Source: Epiperipatus broadwayi
Taxonomy: Eukaryota > Animalia > Onychophora
NCBI GenBank assembly: GCA_028023455.1
Contig: JAQFVV010000008.1
Coordinates: forward strand, 5,146,001-5,210,000
Reading direction: 5' to 3'
DNA length: 64,000 nt
The position numbers and the translations under genes are program-made. The notes below the pieces were generated by a model. That model saw only the letters and a list, made by a program, of their open reading frames with translations. It searched no databases and had not been told where the DNA came from. Positions 26,210 to 38,429 of the stretch are shown in pieces (positions within the stretch are counted from its first letter, which is position 1; each line of letters starts with the position of its first letter).

Positions 26210-26586
26210 CTCTAGTGGATTCTTATCAAAGTAACTAAAGTAGATACTTTTTATTATAAATTATTAAGATATCCTTTGTAATCAGCATATTCCATATAGT
26301 TTATAGATTAAATAGTTAAAAATTCATGGAGTTTAGTTTTATATTACATCATTAATGCTTATCGTAGTGAGCATTTTACATTAGTAGTTTTAGTACTAAT
26401 GTTCATCTGTATCACATTGTTCAAATTATTACGTGTATGTGTGTGTAAATTTCTTTAAATAATAATTATAATGTTTTTTTTTTATATAAAATAAATTATC
26501 TAAAATTTTTGAAGAAAATTATTTATTCTAAATAATGATTAAATTTTAAAGTGATTAATTTATAAACATTAATACTGTTACTTTAT

Positions 26587-26667
26587 TTATTAAACAATTC
26601 AAAACAAAACAACACTCTCCATATAGTAGTGCCATCTTGTGTTGTTTTGTTTTGAATTGTTTAATAA
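26587..26667. repeat. Perfect hairpin, 29-bp arms, 23-nt loop
   Basis: 26587-26615 is the exact reverse complement of 26639-26667. Confidence 0.95.
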
Positions 26668-29600
26668 CAATTATTGTGCTAGTATGAGATAGTGATCATG
26701 TGATGTTTAGTGGTTACTTTATTTATATTCATAATAACATTTCATTAATTAAATTGTTAAAAATATTTTTTTATTTTCATGTGAATTTTCTTTAAATTTA
26801 TATTATCAATATTATTAAAATATTTGCAATATCTATAAGTGATGTTATGAGTATTAATATCTTACGGTTCCAAATGCTAAGTGTAATAGTAATTTGTTAT
26901 TTTAATTTTGTTCATAGATTCATGTACAATTGTAACTTTAAGGTTACAATAAAGTTATCCTATTTTTCAACAAAGAAATCGGTCAATACTTAATACGGCA
27001 AATAAAAGAAATCATTTTTACTTTCACTTCTTTAAATAAACCTTACAATTAAATTAGATAATACTGTCTTTTTTTTTAAATATATACTTAACCTAAGGCA
27101 CAACACATAACACTGAATAAATAAATAGAAAACGTTTCTTCAATTTATTACTTTCTCCAGATTATTACTCTGGGTTTTTTTTCAACTTCAGCTCGTCTTG
27201 TTGGTAATTTGATTCTGTATTATCTGATTCTAAAAATGTTATTACCGTAAATGAAAATTTGGAAAATAAAGAAAATAAAAATAGTTTATATATACTAAAG
27301 CGTATATATACATTATTGTAACTATAGGCTTCATTTTCTATTGTTGGTTTGAAACGTAAATTTTTGTTTAATGTATTTATTTTAATTTCAGGTATATTGA
27401 CACAAATATACACACATATTTATACATAATTCTATTAGTTGTTATAATATTGTAAGTTAAATTAATAAACCAAAAACAACACACATAACTTTTCGAATTT
27501 TTATTGATAATTTTGATGGGTATTATATTATGCGTGCGCGCGCGTTTATGAAAACCATTTGTTTTTGATATATTTTATCTTTTTATTTATTTCAAAGAAT
27601 AACAAAAGCAAAATGATAATAACATTCTTCAACTATTTACTTTGTATAAATACTCATATATAGGATCGCATTGTAATGTATTTAAAATTTTTGTTTATTT
27701 TTATCGGATAATAATTTAAAAGAGAATAATATGGAAAAATTATTGCAAAACTCAAAAACGGAAATTCTAGAAAGAATTCATATGGAAATTCCTGAAAGAT
27801 GAGCCTTAATTGGATTGTCCTTTGTTAATTGGTTGAAGTTAAAATATTCACATATTTTTTTTTACAAAATATTAGTTTAACATATGCATATGTAAATATT
27901 GGAATTATATATATTTTTTTTTTCAGATTTATCTTAAATTGTACTTTCTAAAAGATAAGATAACTTTTTGCTAATAATTTTAAAAGATTTCAAAAAAAAA
28001 AGATTTTTATTAATTGCATAAATATTTAGTCAACATTCCATTGCATATAAGCACTTGTTAATAATGTCCAGTATGAAACAGGATTCATTTCCACTCACTT
28101 TAAGCATTTTTGAGAATCTAATAGTATAGCATACATTTTGATACTTCGGTTTCATCAAGAAAGTAATTATCAGTCATAATAGGTAATACAGAATGCAAAA
28201 CAAATTTTAAATTTGGTGACATGTGAGTTTTTTAATATAATTCATTTGTGTCATGTTAAAGTCTAGCATAATAACAAATACAAAGTCCAAATGTTTTATT
28301 AAATATTTAAAATATTTACTATATTATAATTAATAAAGTTTTTAATGGTATCTAATTTGAAAGTTAAGGGTTATTAACTGAAAGTAAAATGACTTAAACC
28401 ATCAAAACAATGGTCTTTCCAACAGTCACCAAAGAGAAATTGTAGAGAAAGTAAAATATCAAAATGATGGTCTTTTCAACAATCACCAAAGAAAAACTGT
28501 AGAGAAGAAACTATATGTATTAGTCTTCCCAACTATTTGGGGTGAGAATTTTAGTTTATCTTCATTTATCCTCTAGTTAAGATACTCTTTTTCAACCATT
28601 AACTATATTTATTGCCTAAGAGGAAAAAAAATTTAGCCTGTTTGAAACTTAATATTAAACCTAACAAACAGATATTTCTTCAACCATCAAATAGAAAAAA
28701 GAAAATTGATAAAAACAAAACAGATATGCATTTCAGTTATCAGATGAGAAATAAATTTGCCAATAATAATAATAATAATAATGATGATGATAATAATAAT
28801 TTAATTTAATTAATTTATTAATATTTCAACAGTTAATAAAACCATTTAAAGATATACATTACAATTTAAATATTTGATAAAGTAATTGTTGTTTCCTCAA
28901 CAAATGTCTTTAGATCTACAAAAAATATATCAATGTCATTAAAAAATATATTATAAAATTTGGTAGTCTATATAATGCTGCCAAATATAAAGTTTCACAT
29001 TTATCTTTATCAATTGTAAATAATTTTTTTATTCCTTAAATGTACATGAGGAATTCGTTAATATTTTTGAAATACAATTATGTAACAAAAATTAATAATA
29101 ATAATCCATCACAATAGAAGGATTTTCAATCCATTTTTATATAGAATTGTGTGATCTTCCTGCTTGTAGAAGTACATTTTATGATCCAATTACTATTATG
29201 CTATGACAGATAAAACCTGCTTAATCTTACATCACTTATCCATCATATCAATAAATGCTATGAATTAAAATTATCATGCCACCAATAGTAATAATCCTTT
29301 ATATATAAACCATAAACAACATAGCAATTGAAACAAAATGTGATATTGCACCCAAGCAACCAAGCATCCAGAGTTCCCTGAGTTGGAATTTTGTTACATT
29401 TCCATTCTTAAATAAATCCACTTATACAAAATCTTACAATTTTAAGGACTTGCATGTTTTAGTAAATTAACAAACCTATATTATCATAAATAAATAAAAA
29501 CTTATCATTATTGATTAATAAAATATAATTAATGAAGTATAAATTTCAAAAATTTTCCCAGGTTCAATTTTTCAAAATTCAAATTCTAGTAATAAGTAGT

Positions 29601-29753
29601 GTAAGTAGATGCTATTATGTCTTTCATCTAGAAGTACAAGATGCTGAATATTTTTCAAGATAAGGAAAATTTAAAAAATCTTTAATCTTCATCTCATAGT
29701 TAGTGAGAAAAATGATTCTTATATATACATGTGTGTGCACATGCAAAATTGGA

Positions 29754-29758
<5 letters not shown>

Positions 29759-29836
<78 letters not shown>
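29759..29836. repeat. (TA)39 microsatellite
   Basis: Direct reading. Confidence 0.95.
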
Positions 29837-29841
<5 letters not shown>

Positions 29842-29944
29842 CATAAATGTCTGGAAGTCACTATTTGACTTTACTCTAATGAGAAATTTGAGAGAAATTA
29901 GAAGAACTGTTGTGTATAAATATATGACATTTCTGTTAATTCTT

Positions 29945-30040
29945 ATCTTTAGCAGAGTGTTGCCTTAAATTTTATTATTCAAGATTTTAAAGGTCCAGGT
30001 TCAATTCCCATGCTAGTACTATCACTGGCCAAGTCATCAA
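29945..30040 (+). mobile_element. Possible tRNA-derived SINE head remnant
   Basis: TAGCAGAGTG (A-box-like) followed about 45 nt later by GGTTCAATTCC (B-box). Confidence 0.35.
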
Positions 30041-30763
30041 CAACAGAAGCAGAGAGGAAAATAATACCATTAGAAATAGATATTTACTAACATGTGTACT
30101 ATTTTAATAGTTGAATGTAAATGGAAAGTTTAAACTAAGTTTTTTTTTTTCTAAAATCATTCAATATTTAATGTTAGATGACAGAAATAGTCCAACACAT
30201 GACTTTTATTAAATGCTATTATTATACACTTTCAGCCAAACATAAACTGATATTTGAATCCACATATGGGTATTAAGATATTTAAGATAATATAATAAAT
30301 TTTCACCTGATAATAGATTACTTGTGTTTATTTGTATATTTATTAAAAGACTGTAATTTTCAATTAGGGAGTTAATATACAAATTAACAAAGCGTATGCA
30401 ACACTTGAAAGAGAAGCTATACCGATTCCAAAAATTGTTATGCGCTAAGTGCTTTCGAGGCCATTTGCCTCATATTCATAGCGGTAATGTGAGATGCAGA
30501 ATGAGGAAATAGGGTAAGAAAACAAAGCGGTATGCAAAAACGTATGCAAATGAGCTAAATAGTCCAACGTTTGGAGACGTCAAAGCAGGTATCATGTCTG
30601 TGATATTTGTAGGGTGAATTGATATTGTATATGCATAATATTATTAAATATGTAATTTCTGGTTTTGACATTTAAGAGAATATTTTCAAATCACTTTCAT
30701 CCATAATGTTTTTGTTAGACTCTCAAGGAATTTCAAAATGATTATTTATATTTGCAATCTCTG

Positions 30764-30797
<34 letters not shown>

Positions 30798-30818
30798 CAT
30801 ATATAAATATATATTGGT

Positions 30819-30858
<40 letters not shown>

Positions 30859-30939
30859 AAGATAACCAATGTAGCATGTATGTAAAAAAAGATAAAATAA
30901 TTACAGTACAAATAGAAATATGGTCTCATTTTTTGTGAT

Positions 30940-31400
30940 TTTAGGACTATACTCACATGGAAGAATTTATTTCTAATTATTTTAAGATCCATGTAAGTGG
31001 ATAGTTATAAATAAAGTAGGTTTAATATAAATACAACCATTTCCAACATTGTATACATTATTACTGCTTTTAATAATCCAACAGAATACTATCAATGCAC
31101 TTTCCTCATCCCTATTTTTGTTCAGAGTGCCAAGTAAGTGTAAATGATCATTTATAATAGCAACCTTACTTATAAGTATATACAAGAGAGAGAATAACTA
31201 TACAAACATTGTGAATATTGTCTTGAAGAAAGGATTATTTTTGTATTGATTTCCTAACACATACTGATTGCTTTTTTGGCTGGTAAATTTCAAATCATAG
31301 TATTTATAAACTGCACTATATATTGCAGAATTTAATCTTTTCTTAAGCCAACATTCAAAATGTTTATATACTGTAGTTACAATTAGCATAAGAAAAGATT
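30940..31400 (-). mobile_element. Decayed LINE APE endonuclease fragment related to the CR1-like LINE at 48-53 kb
   Basis: GCIYIKPTLF matches GTIYIKPTLS of ORF 49920-51146; NRDEESALIV sits at the GGGVLI position. Confidence 0.45.
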
Positions 31401-31632
31401 TAAAAAAATGTATTAAAAGAGAGAAAATACTAAATACCTTTTTGTTGATTGTTAAAATATTAAAAATTACATCATATCATTCTGTTTAGTAATCAAAGTG
31501 AATATTATAAACACACACAAGTAAAACAGTTATGATTATGGTGCACAGCATTAAAAATGCATTAAGCTGAAAGGAAAAGAAAAAAACATATAAAAAAGAA
31601 TAATTTTACTTTTCATAAAGTATGTCTACATA

Positions 31633-31670
<38 letters not shown>

Positions 31671-31800
31671 AAACTTATTACATATAACTGATGAAGTTTA
31701 AAAACATTATTACAACACATATATAGATATAAAATAAAGAACATGCCAATATTTTTAAACCAGCTTATTTTATTATTTTTTTTTTATTTTTTTATTTTTT

Positions 31801-32300
31801 TATATGATAAATGCTATAAGAGAAAGCATGCTCTTTATTATGTATTAGTAAATACAAGCTATGTAGGTCATGTGATATGTGACTTGGTTATATTACTATT
31901 ATAATTTTGGCTATTGAATCTTTGGCTATATTAAACTTCTAAGGCTATTAATATATGGAGTATCTGAATTTAGTTCAGGTCCATATAACTATTTTAGTTG
32001 GAGAGCTCAATTTGAAGACATTAGATGTCTGTAAGTTTCAGATCTTCTTAATAGTTCTTCACTAGAGGTAGTACTTTTGAATCTGGTGTTTTAAATCCTC
32101 ACTGAAAAGACCCATAGCTTGAAACCATTCTGGGGATGGAGACAATTATAGATAAATATTTGAATGCTTTCTCTTATAGGATTTACCATCTAAAAAAAAT
32201 AATAAATATGCCTGTTTAGAAATATTGGTATACTCTTTATTACATATTGGTAAATACAAACTATATAGATCAAGTGGTATGTGACTTGGTTTTATATATA
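31801..32300 (+). mobile_element. Old diverged copy (about 1.15 units, 402-bp period) of the 409-bp hammerhead repeat family
   Basis: Collinear blocks TAAATACAAGC, TATATGG, CCATATA.CTAT, TTTGAAGACATTA, CACTGA..ATAGCTTGAAA.CAT..TCTG; direct repeat 31831-31895 / 32233-32295; ends in (TA)n. Confidence 0.8.
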
Positions 32301-33039
32301 TAAGTATATGTTAAAATAATCTTTAAAATTCCCACTGCAAAGCAAAAATCTTTCCATTACCCCACTACAAAAAAATAATTATAAAGAAGACAATACTAGT
32401 CAGGGCTAGTCAAATTGTAAATGCTGAGATATTACATTTATTTTATTTAGTTTGATTCTCTAATAAAAATAACCAAAAATCAACTACTATCTATTAATTA
32501 TAAGTCTACTTTAATGTCTATATAATTTTTAGCCAAATTAATTTGCATCAATATTATTTATTTTTCAGTTATTTTTTTTACTATTGTAATGAAGTCTTTA
32601 TTTTTACAAAAAAAATATTCTTTTTTTTTTTTCTATATCATTTTTTTTTCGATAGCCCAAGAAATTGATAATGAATATTGAATTTCAAAAAATTCAATAT
32701 TCATTATCCATTTATTTATTATCTATTTATTGTTTTTACACATTCATCTGGGTTCTTTGATCCTAAAACTAAAAAAACAATAGAAAATTCTCCATTTCCT
32801 TTGTTTTTTGAATTTATCATTTATTTTTTCTGAGTCAATAAAACAATGGATAGAGATTTAATTGCATATTAGAAACATATTTTCTCAATTGGCAAAAAAA
32901 ATAAACAATTATATATTTTGGTTATACTGAATATTTCTTATATCTGTAAGTAAAGGGACATTCATTCTCCACTTTATCTCAAGCAATCGATCCATCTGAT
33001 TACATCCAAGAAAAAAAAATAGATGATCATTAATATATG

Positions 33040-33270
33040 TATTTCGTGAAGAACCGGCACTCATCAATTGGATTAGATTACAATCTCTCACACATATATA
33101 CAATCAGTTTTCGATGTACATTAAGATAGTTAATTCCTTAAAGTTTACTAGACAGGCTTCAATCTTTTCACTCTTCCAATTATTCAACTGTCTATTTCAC
33201 TGATGATGGAACGCTCAAAGCTCTTGTTGGATTTGATATTGTAGTCATACCTCATACCCATGTAGACATT
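33040..33270 (+). mobile_element. pLTR-like fragment, same family as 455-690
   Basis: Shared blocks ATTAAGATAG, GACAGGCTTCA.TCT, TTCAACTG, CCCATGT.GAC; contains CACTGATGATGG. Confidence 0.6.
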
Positions 33271-35189
33271 TTAATACTTAAAAATTTAGATGGAATTTGT
33301 AAATTGATCTTACATGCCGGTAAACAACATTTTTTTTTTTCTGGGAATCTTATTTTATGACTACATAAAAGCAAAGACTGTATGTAAACAAGTAATAACA
33401 ACTAATCCTTCTTGAGACAAACTTTTTCTCAGAATTCCGTATAAAGAAATAAAATCAATCTTTCAAATTACATTCGTGCATATACATATATATATATATG
33501 TTTGTATATATTCAAGCACATCTTTTTAAGATTTGGTATTGCAGGAATAAATAATCATTTTAACTGTCAGATATTCTGACAAAACGAGGGAGTTACAAAG
33601 ATATTGTCAGCACAAACCAAGTCATATCCATTGTTTTTCATTTAATTTGAAAGTGCTTTCTTCATTAATAACTCTCTATATAAATTAAACAGACTGTATA
33701 AGGATAAAGGTTTTGTTTCGTGTTTTTTTTTAAGGAATTTGTTATGGGTTCGTTAATCTAATCAATAGCTGATTAATAAATATTTTAGCAGGTTTTTTTA
33801 TTAAAAAATAAAATTAAATATCTATTTAGTCACCTAAATGTATAATCAATTAGATTAATTATAAAAGTGTTACCTAAAATCATTTCATGTTCCGCCTGAT
33901 TTAGATAACAAATCATTGGCCTTTAAATACAGTAATCATTCCACCATGAAATCCCATCACACTTATAAATAGAGTACAGTATACCAAAAAGATAGATAGA
34001 TCTATTACTTTCTCTAAATATAACTTTTTAATAGCAGGAATAAGATGAAATAATGCGGAAATACTGAAAAAAAAAAACCAGCGAACTCTTTATAAATTAA
34101 CTGTCAGGAAACGTAAAATGTAGAATTTTCCTTTTTTTAAAATAATTTTATTATTAAATTTTTATTATTATGCTATATATTTTTTGTTTTCTAATGAATA
34201 TAAACATTCATCTTGCTAGATTTTTTTTTTTTTTTTAGCGAAGTTTTGTTTTAATTTAAATTTATTTTTTGTACTTTTCACATTTTTTTTGTAAAAATAA
34301 ATTTCATACACAAAAAATAATTCTTATATAGCAAATTTAATGAGAAAATGGCATACTTTCATATCATATTTCAATTTTTTCATTTAAATAAGATATAATA
34401 TAATATTAAATTCACTCTTGCAAGATATATTACGGAATATATAATTTCACTAAGTGTTATAAAATTATATTTCATTTAAATAAAAAAATAGAAATATTAT
34501 ATAAAATTATGCCATTTTGATTTCCATATTATTTACTGTAGAATAACAATCCTAAAATTAATATTTAAATTATTATTTTTTTTGCTAAATATGAGCAATA
34601 ATAGATTGTCAGGAGAATCCACTTGCTCAATGACAAATAGACCCTGTGGACTCCTGATGAAGTAGCCTCCCTTAACAATTGAACAATAAGATGAAAAGGT
34701 TAATGACTATTTTAGTAGTTTGAAAATGTAAAGGTTGTTACTGTATTATTACTGCATGCAACTGAAATTTGTTGTATTACTATTTTATTAAAATCATTTT
34801 TGAGGATATTTTATATTTAATAATAAAATAAATAATTCTGAAAAAAATTATTATGTGAAAGTGATATATTATTATACAGACATAATCTATTTATTGTGAC
34901 TGCATGCTGAAGTTTAATTGAAAATCCCAGCATGCAATTGAATTCAATTTTGCAAAGACATCAAATATTCTTTGGTGCATATGATTTAGTTTAATGATGC
35001 TTTGTCAGCTCTTCATCTCATATTTATTGCATTTTATTTATAAAAACTATGTCTTGAATTAATAATTTTATATGCCATAGTCCTATGCTCTTTAATTAAA
35101 ATATAATGTATTTTCTTTCATTTAAAAAAATTAGTAGTAATTAGTAAATATATTGAAGGAGCAGTTTCAAATAAGTAATAATAGTTGTA

Positions 35190-36570
35190 TTAATATGTTG
35201 GATTATTTCCATCAACTAATATTAAATATTGAATGTCTTTAGAAAAATTGTTTAAATTTTCTTATTACCTTCAACTGTTAGTAATAGCACACAGATAAAT
35301 ATCTACACATTTTGAGTGAAATTATTCTCCATTTTTCTGAATATGGACCTTTGGATTTTTGAATATTAAGTTATTACTATAACCAACTGAGCCATTTTGC
35401 CAAAGGCAGCACCCAATTGATATTTTATATACTTATCTATAAGGTTCTCCTGATTTCACCATTTCTTAAGAGCAAAGTTAATAAGTGGTCCCAAACATTT
35501 TGTATAGACCCATTACATTGTTATTAGCTATAGTCATGTGAGCAACTTTTTAGAATTTCTTTCTTTCTTTGTAACTTCTTTTTTCTATCCAATATTTTTA
35601 TATTTTTCCAATCAAACATATGTTTATTGGTACATGCATGGTTTGTTACCACATGTTTTCTTTTTTTTAATCATCAGTTTGTGCTCTAGTAATTGATGTT
35701 CAATGAGGTGGTTGGACTCACCTATACCACACCAACATGGTATTTTATAGATGCAGTTTTTGCTTGTCAGAATTTCATGTTCAGACTTTGTAGATGCTAT
35801 AATTCCTTGCAATGTGGTATGAATGAGTTTCAAAAGCTGTTCTGATATTAGATTGATTACAGATTTTCTTTAATTTGTTTGTTATTCCTGTCATGTATGT
35901 ATATACTATTGTACCAATGATTATTTTTTATTGTTCTTTTCATTACCTCTTTAAGGATTTCTTAATGATAGATGATGGATAACTATTCTTCATGGGAATT
36001 TATTCTACATACATCCTTTCTTTTTCCAAACCACTGGTTTCTAAACAAACTCTTTTTGTTCTGTTTTATATAGTATAATTTCTATATTTTATGATTCTAA
36101 TATGATTGGATATTTATATAAAGTATTTTATTATATGTTTGGGTTTTCTATAAACTGTAGTTTTGATTTTGTCATGAGGGAGTCTTGTCACAAGAACATC
36201 TAAAAATGCCAATGTTTGTGCTTGTTCAGATTCTATTGTGGATTAAATTGAAATGATTATGTAATTGGTGTGTTTCCAGAATGTTTGTTATAGCGCCTTA
36301 TCATGTGGCCATAGAACAAATATATCATCAACATAGCTAAGTCAAACTTTAGATGGATATGGAATAGTCTTTATAACTGTAATCTCAAGTTCTTCCATGT
36401 ACATATTGCTAATCAGTGGAGTCAGTAGTGAGTCCATAGCCATCATTTGATTTTGCTGGAAGAATTCTGTGTTGTATTGGAAATATGTTGTTATTATGAA
36501 CAATGTTAATAGTTCCTTTATAGTATTCATAGGAAGAGTTGTTCTAGTTTGTAAGATATTATCATGATTT
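35190..36570 (-). mobile_element. Decayed Penelope-like element (RT + GIY-YIG + 3' UTR), left arm of pair 3
   Basis: QQNQMMAMDSLLTPLISNMYMEELE (RT motif), FLDVLVTR, KNCIYKIPCWCGIGES (GIY-YIG). Confidence 0.85.
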
Positions 36571-37099
36571 AATCATTTCTTATAATATGCAATGCTTCTT
36601 CACATGGTACATTCATAAATAATCATTCCAAACCAAATCTTACCAATATGTCTTTTTTTTTTAATTTTATCATTAATTCTACAAAGTGCTTAGCCTTCTT
36701 GACAAAAGGCTGGGTCTTGTATGCCAAAGGGCTAAGTACTTTGAGAAGAAATCTTGATAAATTTTGGCAATGTGAATTTCTAGAATAATAGGTCTTAATG
36801 GAACATGGTCCTTATAGATTTTAGATAGACCATAAAAAATGAAGAATTTTGATAACATATTATGTTAATTTACTTTTTTCTGGATCAATGAAGTATGTGA
36901 AATACTTTCTCAGTAATGCTTGTAATATTATTTTTGTATTTGGTATTGAATTTTTGCCCTTTTTTATATTGGCCTGCTATAAGAAGTTCTTGTATTTTGT
37001 TGTCCTAGTAATCAGCTATATCCATTACAACAATCACATTGCAGGGAGAATAATTATAGATTTATGTACTTTGAGAAATTTGATTGTTTTCCTCTCATC

Positions 37100-38035
37100 A
37101 TAGAAACATAACCAAAAGAGGTTTGTTCAGAAACCAGTGATTTGGAAAAAAATGATATAAAACAAAATCCCATAAATAGTTATCCATCAGCTATCATTAA
37201 GAAATCCTTAAATAAACAAAAAGAACCACCAAAAGAAAAATAGTTATTGGTATTATATTGTACCTAAACATACAAGAAATAGCAGACAAATTAAACAAAA
37301 TCTGCAATCAATATAATATCAGAACAGCTTTCCAGAGTTACATCACACTATGAGAAATTCTGACATTTACAAAGCCTGAACTTGAAATGTTGAAATTCAA
37401 AAACTGCATTTATGAAATACTGTATGAATGAGGAAGGATGTATATTGGTGAAAACAGTCACCTCATTGAAAAGTGATTGTAAGAAGACAAACTGATGAAT
37501 AGAAAAGAGTAAATGTATATGTCTAAATAGCAGATCATGTATGTACCAATGAATATATATGTTCAACTGAAAAATTCCCAAAACATTTGATAGAGAAAAA
37601 AGGTACAAAGAAGAAAATTCAAAGGAGCTGACCACATGATAATAACAAATAACACCATAAATCAACCTAGTGTGACTTTACATAATGTTTGGAAACCACG
37701 GATCAACTTTGCTCTTAAGAAAAAGTGGAGAAATCAGGAGGAACCTTATAAATAAATATATGAAATTTCTACTGACTACTGTGTTTGACAGAATTGGCTC
37801 AGATAGTTTGTATTGTCTTAATATTCAAGAATCTAAAGATCCAGATTTGATTTCCATTCTACTTCTATCACTATTTAAGCCAGTGACATCTAAAGAAAAG
37901 CTAAGAATACTAGCATTCAAAACTTAATGTTTACTAACAATTGAATGTAATTGGACAAATTAAATAAAGTTTAAAAAAAATTTCTAAAGACATTCAATAT
38001 TTAATATTAGATGATGGAAACAGTTCAACATATGC
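37100..38035 (+). mobile_element. Decayed Penelope-like element, right arm of pair 3
   Basis: Collinear with the reverse complement of 35190-36050, including TTTCTAAAGACATTCAATATTTAATATTAG.TGATGGAAA near the 3' end. Confidence 0.85.
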
Positions 38036-38429
38036 AAATAACACCATTATCATAAACCCTCAGGCAGACAATAAGTAATCATACTTTTTATTTAGACCAT
38101 AGTTAAAATTACTGTGATTATTAAAATTCATATTACTAATAGATCCAAGTATAAAATATATTTCCATTGTCATGATTTTGTGTAGAAGGGTGTTATGTAC
38201 TTGTAGCAAAAATACTTGCTGCTGTTTTATAGAAATTTGCTACAATATGCTACAGCAGTTTATAAACAAAATGCATAATACAGTAACATATAATGGTAAC
38301 TTATTATTATCAAATGCAAATGTACAAATAGTGAACTTATAGCAATTGCTAGATTTAACATTTAATTGTAGCTGTTCACTTTTCCTACAAGGAGTATTTT
38401 TAATTAAGTTTTAATTTCAGCAATGTTGC

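Noticed and set aside
27165-27413. 82-aa minus-strand ORF near the CpG-retaining region
   Set aside because: No recognisable domain or consistent splice pattern; length is compatible with chance.
31940-32035. Candidate host exon (IYGVSEFSSGPYNYFSWRAQFEDIRC with GTAAGT donor) and an alternative PLE-thumb reading on the minus strand
   Set aside because: The segment aligns at nucleotide level with the non-coding 409-bp unit, which explains it better.
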